DNA of 18,948 nucleotides from an uncultured bacterium (GTDB taxonomy: Bacteria; CSSED10-310; CAZUFC01): NCBI GenBank assembly GCA_964619725.1, contig CAZUFC010000147.1, forward strand, positions 1-18,948. Direction: 5' to 3'. Under the pieces are notes generated by a model. The model worked only from the letters and a program-made list of their open reading frames with translations, was not told the DNA's origin and ran no database searches. Shown here piece by piece: positions 8,710 to 16,820 of this stretch. The translations under genes and the position numbers were made by a program. Within the stretch, counting starts at the first letter, position 1, and each line of letters opens with the position of its first letter.

Positions 8710-8910
8710 TCAGTTTGCCGCGGCCTCCACGCGCCATTGGCTGGAAATCACTATGGAAGCGCCGGGCTGGAGGAATCCGGCGGGAAGGCCGATACATTCG
8801 CCCATTTGCTCTGCCGCGGACACCAGTCCCGGTTCACCCGCCGGCAGCGCAGCGATGGCGCGGGGATCGAGCTTCAACGGTTCATTCCAATGGCATCCGC
8901 AGGGGATGTG
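8710..8910 (-). pseudogene. Degenerate fragment of a CHAT (caspase-like peptidase) domain
   Basis: Own translation of a start-less frame: HIPCGCHWNEPLKLDPRAIAALPAGEPGLVSAAEQMGECIGLPAGFLQPGASIVISSQWRVEAAAN*. This parallels CHAT LSACETG...E..GL..GFL.AGA..VI.SLW.V; GC-rich patch in AT-rich surroundings. Confidence 0.65.
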
Positions 8911-8965
8911 GCTTTTTTAAGCGTTCTTACTGAAAGGACTCTTGAATTGATAACCTTTGGGTAAA

Positions 8966-9880
8966 TTATTGATGTGTGATGTTTGATTGTTCTTGCAATA
9001 ATCCTAACATTTTCTTCAAATTTGCTAATGTCGCATTTTCCGTTTTTTCTACAGCCCTCTCCACGAATAAGAGTTTCAGCTTAAAATCGATACTCGCCTC
9101 TCCCTTTAAAGCGCCCACAGCTTTTTTCATTTTCTTAACTTTTGGCGATGTAAAGGGTATATCTTCCAATTTATAATACCCGCCAAAAAAGCGCTTGCTT
9201 TCATCCACCAACAACATTCCCACGTCTCCGACATTAATCCTGATTTCATTGTTATGACTTACTATATTACATAGTTCCTCGGCATTACAGTACATTTCTC
9301 TACTCAGCCTTCGTCCGAACTCTGAATTTATCAGAATTTCATCTCTTATCTTGTACATCACAGATTCAATATCCGGCGGCGTAATTCTGTCATAATAAAG
9401 CTTTTCCAATAATCTTCGCCAGTGTTCCGAAGGGGTCGGAAACGGAGACGGTGAGAGAGTAGGCGTCAATGTGGGGGAATAAATGCAGGTTATGGATGGG
9501 GTCGGGGTAACGGTCGGCGGAATTGAAGGAATATCGGTTGGAATGTAAGTAACTGTCGCTGTTAATGAAGCGGTCGGTGTCGATGTTTCCGTTGCACTCG
9601 GAGAAGCAGTTGATGTATGAGTCAGCGTTGGGGTGCATGAAGGAGTTGATGTCGGCGTGGAAGCGACAACTTTATATTCCATTATAAAAATTTTCAGTCT
9701 TAAGCTTTCCGGAACAGGATCGTACTCCAAAATCGGCGATTTCAGTTTCGGGGCGTTATTGTCCGATTTGCTTTCATCGTAACTAACGACAGCTTTCGTC
9801 AAATATGGAGAATCTCCCGAAAATGCGCAATAAGAAAAGAGAGTGAAAGCCAAGAAAATAATTGTTATTATGCATCGCAT
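8966..9880 (-). CDS. Secreted protein with Thr/Pro-rich linker and helical C-terminal domain
   Basis: Signal-peptide-like MRCIITIIFLAFTLFSYCAFS with SD GGAG; TPTSTPSCTPTLT... linker; C-terminal MYKIRDEILINSEFGRRLSREMY resembles the R.FRD..L....GR.....YY core of CFI-box-CTERM-like domains. Confidence 0.75.
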   Translation of the reverse strand: MRCIITIIFLAFTLFSYCAFSGDSPYLTKAVVSYDESKSDNNAPKLKSPILEYDPVPESLRLKIFIMEYKVVASTPTSTPSCTPTLTHTSTASPSATETSTPTASLTATVTYIPTDIPSIPPTVTPTPSITCIYSPTLTPTLSPSPFPTPSEHWRRLLEKLYYDRITPPDIESVMYKIRDEILINSEFGRRLSREMYCNAEELCNIVSHNNEIRINVGDVGMLLVDESKRFFGGYYKLEDIPFTSPKVKKMKKAVGALKGEASIDFKLKLLFVERAVEKTENATLANLKKMLGLLQEQSNITHQ

Positions 9881-9936
9881 TTTTTTACTCCATCTTCAAA
9901 GATTTACTCTAACTCCAAGAGCTCTTCACGTTGTTT

Positions 9937-11361
9937 CTATTTGCCATCCTTGCGCAACCACAACTCTATTTGAAAATATCGTCCTTGTGTCCGGGAGGGC
10001 AACAAGTGAGGTTCATTCTCGTTAATATCCCACGACTTGAAGGTTTGATGCCAGGATTCGTCGCTTGGATTTAAACACTGATCGTCCGGACTTGATGCGA
10101 TTCGCCAGCGTATCTCCCGGTTTACCGTGTAGACAGCTTGATTATTCTCGTTCCTGTCAGCATCCAAGGTCCTTTTTTCACCCTCGATATAAGGGGGCTT
10201 GGCAGTCAATTCGTGTGCTATGTAATCGATTGAAGCAATATCAGCGTTTATAACACCTGTATCGATAACCGGACTGTAAAGCGGGCCGTCAATAGCGCCG
10301 GTTCCAGGATCAAGCATAACGTTGCCTGATTCGTCAAGAGAGAAAACATCGCTGTTGTCAGGATAGATGTCACAACCTGCCTGATCTTTCCATCCAACCC
10401 ATCCGTCATAATCAAACGAGGAATAGCGAGCCAATCCGCAGCATCCCCTGTTTTCACCGAATTCTCCTGTGCTCGCGCAGCAGGGTGAATACGGATCGTA
10501 ATAATCCGCATCCAGGTAATACAGGTGATTGTCTTCATCAAGAAAATGAACTTCGCAGTATGAGTCATGAGCTCCAGAAGCAACTCCTCCAGTATAGTTT
10601 GTGCCGTTGCTCCAAAAATTGTTGAAATCACAACAGGTGTGTTCCGGCGCATTAATTCCGGTATTACAATCGACTATGTTGCAATTTTTAATTAACGGAT
10701 TGGTTGCTTCTTCATTAATATGAATCCCCGTGTTACAATTAACTACTGTGCAATTGACAATTTCCAGATGAGCGCCCCATAAACCAAATTCTAAACCCTC
10801 GGCGCTGTCATATATCAGACAATTTTCAATCCTGACTGAACTGGCCGGGGAAGCATAAAAAGAACGGAAAGCACAATCGCCGGATTTTACCACCCGGCAA
10901 TCCTTTATCTCAACACCGACTGAATTGATGCCGATGATGAAACTGCCTTCGATCAAGCTGAATCCTTCAACAGTCGTATATCCGGCGCCGACCCAGCCCT
11001 CTGCACAACCAAGCCAGAAGTCACCGTTTTTAATGATCACTTCACCGTATGCCTTGTATAAAATCCTCTTATTCGATTCTCCGGCATTCGCCATATATCT
11101 GATAGCTTCCTCGTAGACTCCCTGATTCACATTAACAGTATCTCCCGCATCAATGGCGTTTCCCTGTACCGGCTCTTGTCCAGGGGATGATCCTTTCGCT
11201 GCACGGTTAATTGTTTTCCAGGCTGTATCCCAGGTCAAACCGTCGTTACTGTCGTCGCCGTTCCCGCTATCAACAAAATAATCAACGGAAGAAACCACCG
11301 GAATCAAGATTAAATTCATCACCAGAATTGTGAGACACACAAACCTTCCTCTCAATTTCAT
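9937..11361 (-). CDS. Secreted right-handed beta-helix (pectin-lyase-fold) protein with DUF1565-like N-terminus
   Basis: Signal peptide, then YFVDSGNGDDSNDGLTWDTAWKTINRAA, GDTVNVNQGVYEE and stacked IENCLIYD/IVNCTVVNCNTGI/IKNCNIVDCNTGI repeats; SD GAGAGGAG. Confidence 0.82.
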   Translation of the reverse strand: MKLRGRFVCLTILVMNLILIPVVSSVDYFVDSGNGDDSNDGLTWDTAWKTINRAAKGSSPGQEPVQGNAIDAGDTVNVNQGVYEEAIRYMANAGESNKRILYKAYGEVIIKNGDFWLGCAEGWVGAGYTTVEGFSLIEGSFIIGINSVGVEIKDCRVVKSGDCAFRSFYASPASSVRIENCLIYDSAEGLEFGLWGAHLEIVNCTVVNCNTGIHINEEATNPLIKNCNIVDCNTGINAPEHTCCDFNNFWSNGTNYTGGVASGAHDSYCEVHFLDEDNHLYYLDADYYDPYSPCCASTGEFGENRGCCGLARYSSFDYDGWVGWKDQAGCDIYPDNSDVFSLDESGNVMLDPGTGAIDGPLYSPVIDTGVINADIASIDYIAHELTAKPPYIEGEKRTLDADRNENNQAVYTVNREIRWRIASSPDDQCLNPSDESWHQTFKSWDINENEPHLLPSRTQGRYFQIELWLRKDGK

Positions 11362-11462
11362 CTGTTATTCTCCTCTCATTAGTAACTTATATCCAAAAAC
11401 GTTTAAGGAAGAAAAAACCGACTCGATCTATAGCGTCCATATTCCTTCCCAATACAATAACG

Positions 11463-11491
11463 AAAATATCAAAAGGATAGGAAAAAGTCAA
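11463..11491 (-). promoter_or_regulatory. sigma70-type promoter for the two minus-strand secreted-protein genes
   Basis: Minus strand TTGACT (11491-11486), 17-bp spacer ending in TGA, TATTTT (11468-11463), about 100 bp upstream of ATG 11361. Confidence 0.5.
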
Positions 11492-11895
11492 TAATTACAT
11501 AATCAATTCACGACTCTTCAAAAAATGAATTAATTGATTGAATTGATTTGATTTATTCACTGAGTCTCATAGCTTCAAAAATCGCCTCTTTTGCCTCTCT
11601 GCCGTCAGTATCGGCTTCGAGCGATGAAGACTCCGATCACCCCATACATTCATCATCCGGCATCAAGCATCCGTCCAACAGACGGTCATTAATCCAAGCC
11701 GTGGTCCTGGATGAACAGGAAAACCAACGCCTCGCGCAGACGTCGGAGGGTTTTATGGATGCCGGCAGCAAAATCTTTAAGACAACATTGGATAAATCGA
11801 CGATATACCGTCCAGAAGTGAAGCAAAAAACGCAGCAACTGTCGTACCGCATAGATCAGGAAAATATGCAGACAGGTTAACCCGTCTCCTTTCAC

Positions 11896-12036
11896 GAACT
11901 ACAGAAAAAGAGTAACCATTAAATCAGAAGATAAACTCCACCAGACCCACTACGAAATAAACACCTTCTGATCAGGGAACAGGCTCCGTCAACGCCCGCC
12001 CTTCAGCCTGCGACTTTTCCACCGCAGCCTGCACCG
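11896..12036. repeat. Right copy of 141-bp direct repeat (orphan rng 3' end plus intact FMN-binding gene 3' end)
   Basis: GAACTACAGAAAAAGAGTAACC...GCAGCCTGCACCG, offset 5525 bp from 6371-6511. Confidence 0.97.
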
Positions 12037-12367
12037 CATTCATGATAGCCACGCTGCTCATGGTAGCCCCGCTCACCGCATCCACAGACGTCGACTGCTG
12101 CATAACGATTCGACGGATCACATCCTTCTCCGCCTTTTCTCCCCTCCAGTTCCGGTGCTCGACAAGCTCAACATGAGCGATCCCCCGGTCCTCAATATGC
12201 ACCTTAACAACGACATGCACCGGCCCGTTGCTAAATTCCCCCGTGAAAACACCGTCCACAAGATGTTCCGTATCGATCCGGCCGCCCGTAACAGGCTCAG
12301 AAGAACACCCGCACCACAATAAAACCGATGAAATACCAATAACCATAAAAAGAATCCATATCCTCAT
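11972..12367 (-). CDS. FMN-binding domain lipoprotein (predicted ApbE flavinylation substrate)
   Basis: Signal peptide with lipobox-like LLWCGC; DGVFTGE; VDAVSGATMSS matches the D..(S/T)GAT flavinylation motif; SD GGGAGG. Confidence 0.88.
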   Translation of the reverse strand: MRIWILFMVIGISSVLLWCGCSSEPVTGGRIDTEHLVDGVFTGEFSNGPVHVVVKVHIEDRGIAHVELVEHRNWRGEKAEKDVIRRIVMQQSTSVDAVSGATMSSVAIMNAVQAAVEKSQAEGRALTEPVP

Positions 12368-12431
12368 CTGAAATTCCTCCCGTCAAAAAAAAATCCTATC
12401 AAAAACCAGACCAAAAAAAAACAATTTCCTC

Positions 12432-12460
12432 TTGTCAAATCCAACAACAATGTGTATCCT
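12432..12460 (+). promoter_or_regulatory. sigma70-type promoter for the tRNA pair
   Basis: TTGTCA (12432-12437), 17 bp, TATCCT (12455-12460); A-tracts upstream resemble an UP element; tRNA starts at 12479. Confidence 0.55.
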
Positions 12461-12478
12461 CCCAAAGGATTCACGTTC

Positions 12479-12553
12479 CGGGGCGTAGCGCAGCCTGGTC
12501 AGCGCGCGTGCCTTGGGCGCACGAAGTCGGAGGTTCGAATCCTCTCGCCCCGA
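12479..12553 (+). tRNA. tRNA-Pro (anticodon TGG), CCA not encoded
   Basis: Acceptor CGGGGCG/CGCCCCG+A; anticodon stem CGTGC/GCACG with loop CTTGGGC; T arm GGAGGTTCGAATCCTCT. Confidence 0.96.
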
Positions 12554-12568
12554 TGAAATAAATCAAAA

Positions 12569-12642
12569 GCGCCTGTAGCTCAGTTGGATAGAGCATCGGA
12601 CTTCTAATCCGAGGGTCGCAGGTTCGAGTCCTGCCAGGCGTA
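12569..12642 (+). tRNA. tRNA-Arg (anticodon TCT), CCA not encoded
   Basis: Acceptor GCGCCTG/CAGGCGT+A; anticodon stem TCGGA/TCCGA with loop CTTCTAA; T arm GCAGGTTCGAGTCCTGC. Confidence 0.96.
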
Positions 12643-12771
12643 ATTTAGTTTATAATGAGTTGCAGGTTTGATCATTGACGGAAATTTGGCGCCGGCGCGC
12701 TCCCGTCGCATGGGGGATGGGTTTTCTTCCGAAATTTTTCCTGTTTTGGTTAAACGTTTTCGCCGTCCCGT

Positions 12772-12987
12772 TCATCCAGCGGTTGGCCGATCAATTTCAT
12801 CGATAGCTTCAACCCGTTTTAACCAAAGTATATTAATGGATTCCTCCTGTTCAAAAAATTTAAATTCAGGATCGCCTGTAACCAGTTCCGCCTCACACCG
12901 TAACGATAAAGCTGCTGAGAATGCACCCGCGTATGCAACAGGATATTTTGCCTTTAATCTTGCAGCAAGCCATACTAGGTCATTCAG
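12772..12987 (-). pseudogene. vapC: C-terminal half of a VapC/PIN-domain toxin
   Basis: Own translation: LNDLVWLAARLKAKYPVAYAGAFSAALSLRCEAELVTGDPEFKFFEQEESINILWL... matches the PIN pattern AA.LK......YADAF..A......LVTGDPEF. An in-frame TAG precedes it and there is no N-terminal half. Confidence 0.8.
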
Positions 12988-13025
12988 CTAAAAACGGGTA
13001 AAGCCCTTTATCCGAACCAGTCATC

Positions 13026-13054
13026 TTGACCCGGATAATGGAATATGGTAATTT
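13026..13054 (+). promoter_or_regulatory. sigma70-type promoter for the brx genes
   Basis: TTGACC (13026-13031), 17 bp, TAATTT (13049-13054) with extended TG; SD-like AAAGGA before ATG 13080. Confidence 0.45.
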
Positions 13055-13079
13055 CCTTCGGTCTGAAAGGATCAGAGCA

Positions 13080-13658
13080 ATGCAAGAAATATTATCTGGA
13101 CGGGTTGAATTTTCTGTTGAGCAACTGGACGAAATACTGGGAATACAGATCAGAATAGGGCGCGCCGGCGAAATGGAGCGGTTATGCTGGTGGAACGCGG
13201 ATGCGACCGACATTGAGGGCGGCGGCGATTTTTTCATGCGACTTGCGGGGCCGTTAAGCGGTTTTTGCGCATCTGAAGCGGCCATGGAGGCGGCTTTGGA
13301 ACGGGAAAAATATACTCTTGCCGGCGCCGGCATCAAAGCGGAGGTCGTCACGTTATTTCAGCCGCCTTATGAGCTTCGAATGCAATTGAAAGATAGATGG
13401 AAAACGGTTAAGCGCAATCCTTATAACGTACCGGACCGTTTATCGGAATTTCTCGATCACTCCCGTCGATTTTCCGTCGACGAATTAACGGCGGAACTGC
13501 AGAGTTACCCCAGGCCCGTCTACGAAAAAAGCGCGTTCGGCAGAAGAATAAGAAGCCGCATGCCGTCTGATCCTCTGCACCTTATGCGTCAGTTGGCGGC
13601 ATTGCTATTGCCGTTGCAAAAAAATCATTATCCTTTGCCTTATTATCCGGAACAATGA
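13080..13658 (+). CDS. brxE: BrxE family protein (type 6 BREX-like)
   Basis: RAGE..RL.WW..D.....GG.DFF.RL, LF...Y and terminal YPLPYY recall BrxE; ATGA overlap with the brxA-like gene. The start could also be 13038 or 13026. Confidence 0.75.
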   Translation: MQEILSGRVEFSVEQLDEILGIQIRIGRAGEMERLCWWNADATDIEGGGDFFMRLAGPLSGFCASEAAMEAALEREKYTLAGAGIKAEVVTLFQPPYELRMQLKDRWKTVKRNPYNVPDRLSEFLDHSRRFSVDELTAELQSYPRPVYEKSAFGRRIRSRMPSDPLHLMRQLAALLLPLQKNHYPLPYYPEQ

Positions 13659-14431
13659 CTTACTGTTATGAAATCGTGACGAAACCTCACATGACGTTGA
13701 TCAGCCTGACCAGCAGGCTGGAAGAGTCCCGTGCCTATATTGAGCGGGTCGATCTTTCGGAAAAACCGGCCGTTCAGAAAAAGCGAGCCTGGGAGGAAAA
13801 ATGGTTCGGTTTCATTTCAGAACCTGTTTTCCGACATCTTATGCCGGCCCTGTACAACCGGTTCGGACGTTACCCCTCATTGACGGAAATTCTAAGTCGC
13901 TGGCAAAAAGAGCCGGGATTGAACCAGAACATCTTTAAACTCATCTGTAATCTGCATATTCAACTGTCCGATCCCTACTACCGGTGGGTCACCGGCGTTT
14001 ATCTTCCGAAACGTCATGAGGAAGGGTTCAGCGACGCGTCATCACGCATTCTTCAACAGCAACTGGAGTACAATTTTAATCCGAAATTCCGCATCAGCAC
14101 CCTCAAAAAACTGTCGAGAAATATCCTGACGACCGCCAGAGATGTTGGACTCCTCAAAGGCAACCGAACAAAGATAATAACTGATCCGCTTGTAGAACCT
14201 GAATTTATGGGGTACCTGGTTTATGCACTGAAAGGTTTTAACTGCCCGTTTTCGAGACTTCATGAGAGTCCTTTCATCCGCTCTATTTTCCGCCAAGAAG
14301 CGGCATTTCGCGCTCTGTTGAACGCCGGAGAGTCCCGTAGGTACTGGGAATTCAACTGGGAACCCCGGTATTTTTCCATTCATTGTTTATATGACAACAT
14401 TCACGCCTGGTTCGAGGAAACCTTCCGATGA
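13655..14431 (+). CDS. brxA: BrxA/DUF1819-like BREX protein
   Basis: EESRAY, AWEEKWFG, LICNLHIQLSDPYYRWVTG, KLSRNILTTARDVGLL; lies between brxE and brxB with ATGA overlaps on both sides. Confidence 0.7.
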   Translation: MTYCYEIVTKPHMTLISLTSRLEESRAYIERVDLSEKPAVQKKRAWEEKWFGFISEPVFRHLMPALYNRFGRYPSLTEILSRWQKEPGLNQNIFKLICNLHIQLSDPYYRWVTGVYLPKRHEEGFSDASSRILQQQLEYNFNPKFRISTLKKLSRNILTTARDVGLLKGNRTKIITDPLVEPEFMGYLVYALKGFNCPFSRLHESPFIRSIFRQEAAFRALLNAGESRRYWEFNWEPRYFSIHCLYDNIHAWFEETFR

Positions 14432-14700
14432 AATTATCCGACCGGATCGAAAAATTGAAAAAAGACCTGACGGCCGAAGGCGGACCGCAGATCAGCGCCA
14501 TGAAAAATTTTCAGTTCGCCATACTCCAATATTTCCCGGAAGAAGAATTCGAAATGCGCCGCCTTATTTCGGAACTGGCCGACGAACTCAGGCAGGACGG
14601 CCGGCAGGTCAAAAACATCTCCCTGCTCGATCTGCTTTTGAAACGATTGAGTGAATCGGACGACGAACCGGTTACAGACTCCATCAATCGGGCGTTTTGA
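14428..14700 (+). pseudogene. brxB: BrxB/DUF1788-like protein, C-terminally truncated
   Basis: GPQISAMKNFQFAILQYFPEEEFEMRRLISEL...ISLLDLL is BrxB-like, but only 90 aa (about half the usual size) and no brxC/pglX/pglZ follows. Confidence 0.7.
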
Positions 14701-14825
14701 TATGACGGCGGATTGATTGAGAATTCAGCGATTATCCATCTCGCTCGACGCCGGAAGCAGGCAGAAATGCTGTAGCTTTATATATGATGCGATTACGAAT
14801 ATCTTTTTTGAAAACGATAGTCATA

Positions 14826-15884
14826 TTAGCCATCATCACGTTTCAGTTTATCCGTCCAACCTTTCTCCGACAGCACATCCGCCGCAAGGATTATCTGGCG
14901 AGTCGTAAACATTCTTTTGCGGTCGTTCCAGGCATAAGTACGGTTTACTGCTTCATTCGCGTGTTTTACTGACTCTTTTTTTATAACCCAGTGGACAGTA
15001 GATAATAGTTCCAGACCGAAAGGAGACTCGAAGCCTTCAACCAGGTCCGCTACTTTTTCAAAGCGAATTTGAGTATCCAGGCGTTTTCTCAGAAATGTTC
15101 TCGCATCCTTTATTGCCCCCGGAACAAGTTTTAATTGTTTATCCGGCGTGTCGCCTCCATCGGCATATCCGAAAAGGAAATGTCCCTCTAATGCATGTAA
15201 TACGTGACGAAGATTCTCAGCGTAAGGACCATATGGACCTTTCTGAAACTTAAGTCGCAGAGGTTCGCCGGTTTCTTGCATAAAATACATCAGCTTATGC
15301 GCTTCCAGAAGAGTTATGAAGGGATCGAGCAACCCGTTAAGATAACGGTTTATCAACTCTATAAGGGCTGCTCTTCCTGCAGTCATATTCGGCGCCTGGC
15401 GCACACGCGTCATCTTTTCAACCTGTGGAGCCCCTCTTGGTTCATATATAACTATCCTAATATCAGTGAGCTTTTTAAGTCTATTTTCGATTCGCTGCTT
15501 GACCTTTGACCATTCGAGGCCGCCAAGTCCGCTACCCAGGGGCGGAACGGCTATGGAGCTGATATCGTGTTGACGAACAGTTTCAACCAGCGCTTCTAGA
15601 CCCCCCTCGATATCCTCCATTCTGCTCTTACTGCGCCAATGCCTCTTGGTTGGAAAGTTTATTATGTAACGTGGGTAGGTCAATCGTCCAGTTTTGAATA
15701 CAAACATCTTACCTGGCTGAACAGCATCCTTCTTGCAAGCGGCAGCATAAGCCTTAAAATTACCTGGAAAAGCTTTTTTAAACTGAAGGGCTATACCTCT
15801 ACCCATAATGCCGACGCAGTTTACAGTATTGACCAGGGCTTCGGAGTCATCTTTTAAAATATCACCGCTTTTGTATTCAATCAT
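14826..15884 (-). CDS. darG: DarG antitoxin (macrodomain ADP-ribosylhydrolase plus C-terminal domain)
   Basis: GDIL, ALVNTVNCVGIMGRGIALQFK, IINFPTKRHW, SIAVPPLGSGLGGLEW; C-terminal HKLMYFMQ..G, GPYGPYAENL, GFESPFGLELLSTVHW; SD GAGGAGG; directly downstream of darT. Confidence 0.93.
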   Translation of the reverse strand: MIEYKSGDILKDDSEALVNTVNCVGIMGRGIALQFKKAFPGNFKAYAAACKKDAVQPGKMFVFKTGRLTYPRYIINFPTKRHWRSKSRMEDIEGGLEALVETVRQHDISSIAVPPLGSGLGGLEWSKVKQRIENRLKKLTDIRIVIYEPRGAPQVEKMTRVRQAPNMTAGRAALIELINRYLNGLLDPFITLLEAHKLMYFMQETGEPLRLKFQKGPYGPYAENLRHVLHALEGHFLFGYADGGDTPDKQLKLVPGAIKDARTFLRKRLDTQIRFEKVADLVEGFESPFGLELLSTVHWVIKKESVKHANEAVNRTYAWNDRKRMFTTRQIILAADVLSEKGWTDKLKRDDG

Positions 15885-15909
15885 CTTAAATCCCTCCTCA
15901 TCAGTAGTA

Positions 15910-16560
15910 CTATTCCGTTTTAATCTCGACCTCTGGTCTATTAAAGCCGGCAGGAAGAGCGTTTAAGACCTGATGATAACTACTGACTGAACTTACGCCG
16001 ATTCGTTCTACTAAATGCCAGGGAAAGCTGAATTCCATCAAAAATTCCGCCTGTTTTCCTTCTTTGATTGAGGAAGAGATGCCCGACCCGCTCCAAATAT
16101 CGGCTTGCACGGCTTGCCAGTTTATTTCATTCAAATATTTCAAATCGCATCTATCCTCAAAATAATAAGCGCCTGCATTCGAAAGTGTAAAAGCCCAGCG
16201 TCGATTATTTTTATTCGCCCATTTTACTGAAGAATAAAGGTCTGCTTCAATGTGAACTATCTGTTCTTGTCCGTCTCGATATTCCAATTCAGCATGATTA
16301 GCTTGATAGATCAAGTAAAGCATGATGGAACGCGGACAAAAATAAAACGGAACAAAGTCGCCGACGTGTAAATCGGGAAAACTGCTCAAAGTCAAGACAT
16401 TAAGACGCCTTTGTTTGATTCTGTTCATTCCTATTGTCGTTCCCTGTATTGATCTTCGCTGTATTTCAGAATCGCACCACAGACACCCATCAGCAATAAT
16501 CGACGACAAACGATCAATATGAATGATATGATATATTTTGGGCCGTTCAGGGACCGTCAT
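15910..16560 (-). CDS. darT: DarT (DUF4433) DNA ADP-ribosyltransferase toxin, apparently clipped by three residues at an amber codon
   Basis: IYHIIHIDRL, VPFYFCPRSIMLY, FTLSNAGA, catalytic KQAEFL. The frame continues TAG-TAC-TAC-TGA (15912-15901). Confidence 0.92.
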   Translation of the reverse strand: MTVPERPKIYHIIHIDRLSSIIADGCLWCDSEIQRRSIQGTTIGMNRIKQRRLNVLTLSSFPDLHVGDFVPFYFCPRSIMLYLIYQANHAELEYRDGQEQIVHIEADLYSSVKWANKNNRRWAFTLSNAGAYYFEDRCDLKYLNEINWQAVQADIWSGSGISSSIKEGKQAEFLMEFSFPWHLVERIGVSSVSSYHQVLNALPAGFNRPEVEIKTE

Positions 16561-16562
16561 TT

Positions 16563-16769
16563 CTATCTCTCCCTGGTTTCTGCAGTAATATTATTGAGTT
16601 TTTTAAATTCAGTCAATTCAATACGTCGTCGAATTTCAAAGCAATCAGCAATAAGGCGGCGACCTTGCGGGTTCTTAATTACGCCTTCACCGTTTCCCAG
16701 GAAGTATGCACTCCCTGATCTCTCTAAGTTTTTCCAACAGCGGTCAATAAGCGGAAATCCGAAATGCAT
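16563..16769 (-). CDS. Short hypothetical ORF or gene remnant directly upstream of darT
   Basis: 68-aa ORF ending 2 nt before the darT ATG; no motif recognised. Confidence 0.3.
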   Translation of the reverse strand: MHFGFPLIDRCWKNLERSGSAYFLGNGEGVIKNPQGRRLIADCFEIRRRIELTEFKKLNNITAETRER

Positions 16770-16820
16770 GCAAATAAATAAGTTTCGACACAGAGGGCCT
16801 GTTGATGATAACCAGGCCTT

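Noticed and set aside
8725-8866. Structured ncRNA or REP in the GC-rich patch (CGCGCCAT/ATGGCGCG, CCGGCGGG/CCCGCCGG)
   Set aside because: The minus-strand CHAT-like translation explains the patch better, and short stems are expected at this GC content; not fully excluded.
11548-11895. ORFs at the right edge of the cassette as a recombinase or transposase remnant
   Set aside because: No convincing start, SD or motif in any frame I translated; it may be an unrecognised gene fragment.
6371-12036. Diversity-generating retroelement TR/VR pair (all three mismatches are A in one copy on the minus strand)
   Set aside because: No reverse transcriptase or Avd gene in the window. The mismatches are confined to one codon, and more than half of the repeat is the rng coding end.
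12620-12642. attL/attR duplicate of the tRNA-Arg 3' end
   Set aside because: No second copy found by eye in the window; it could lie beyond 18948.
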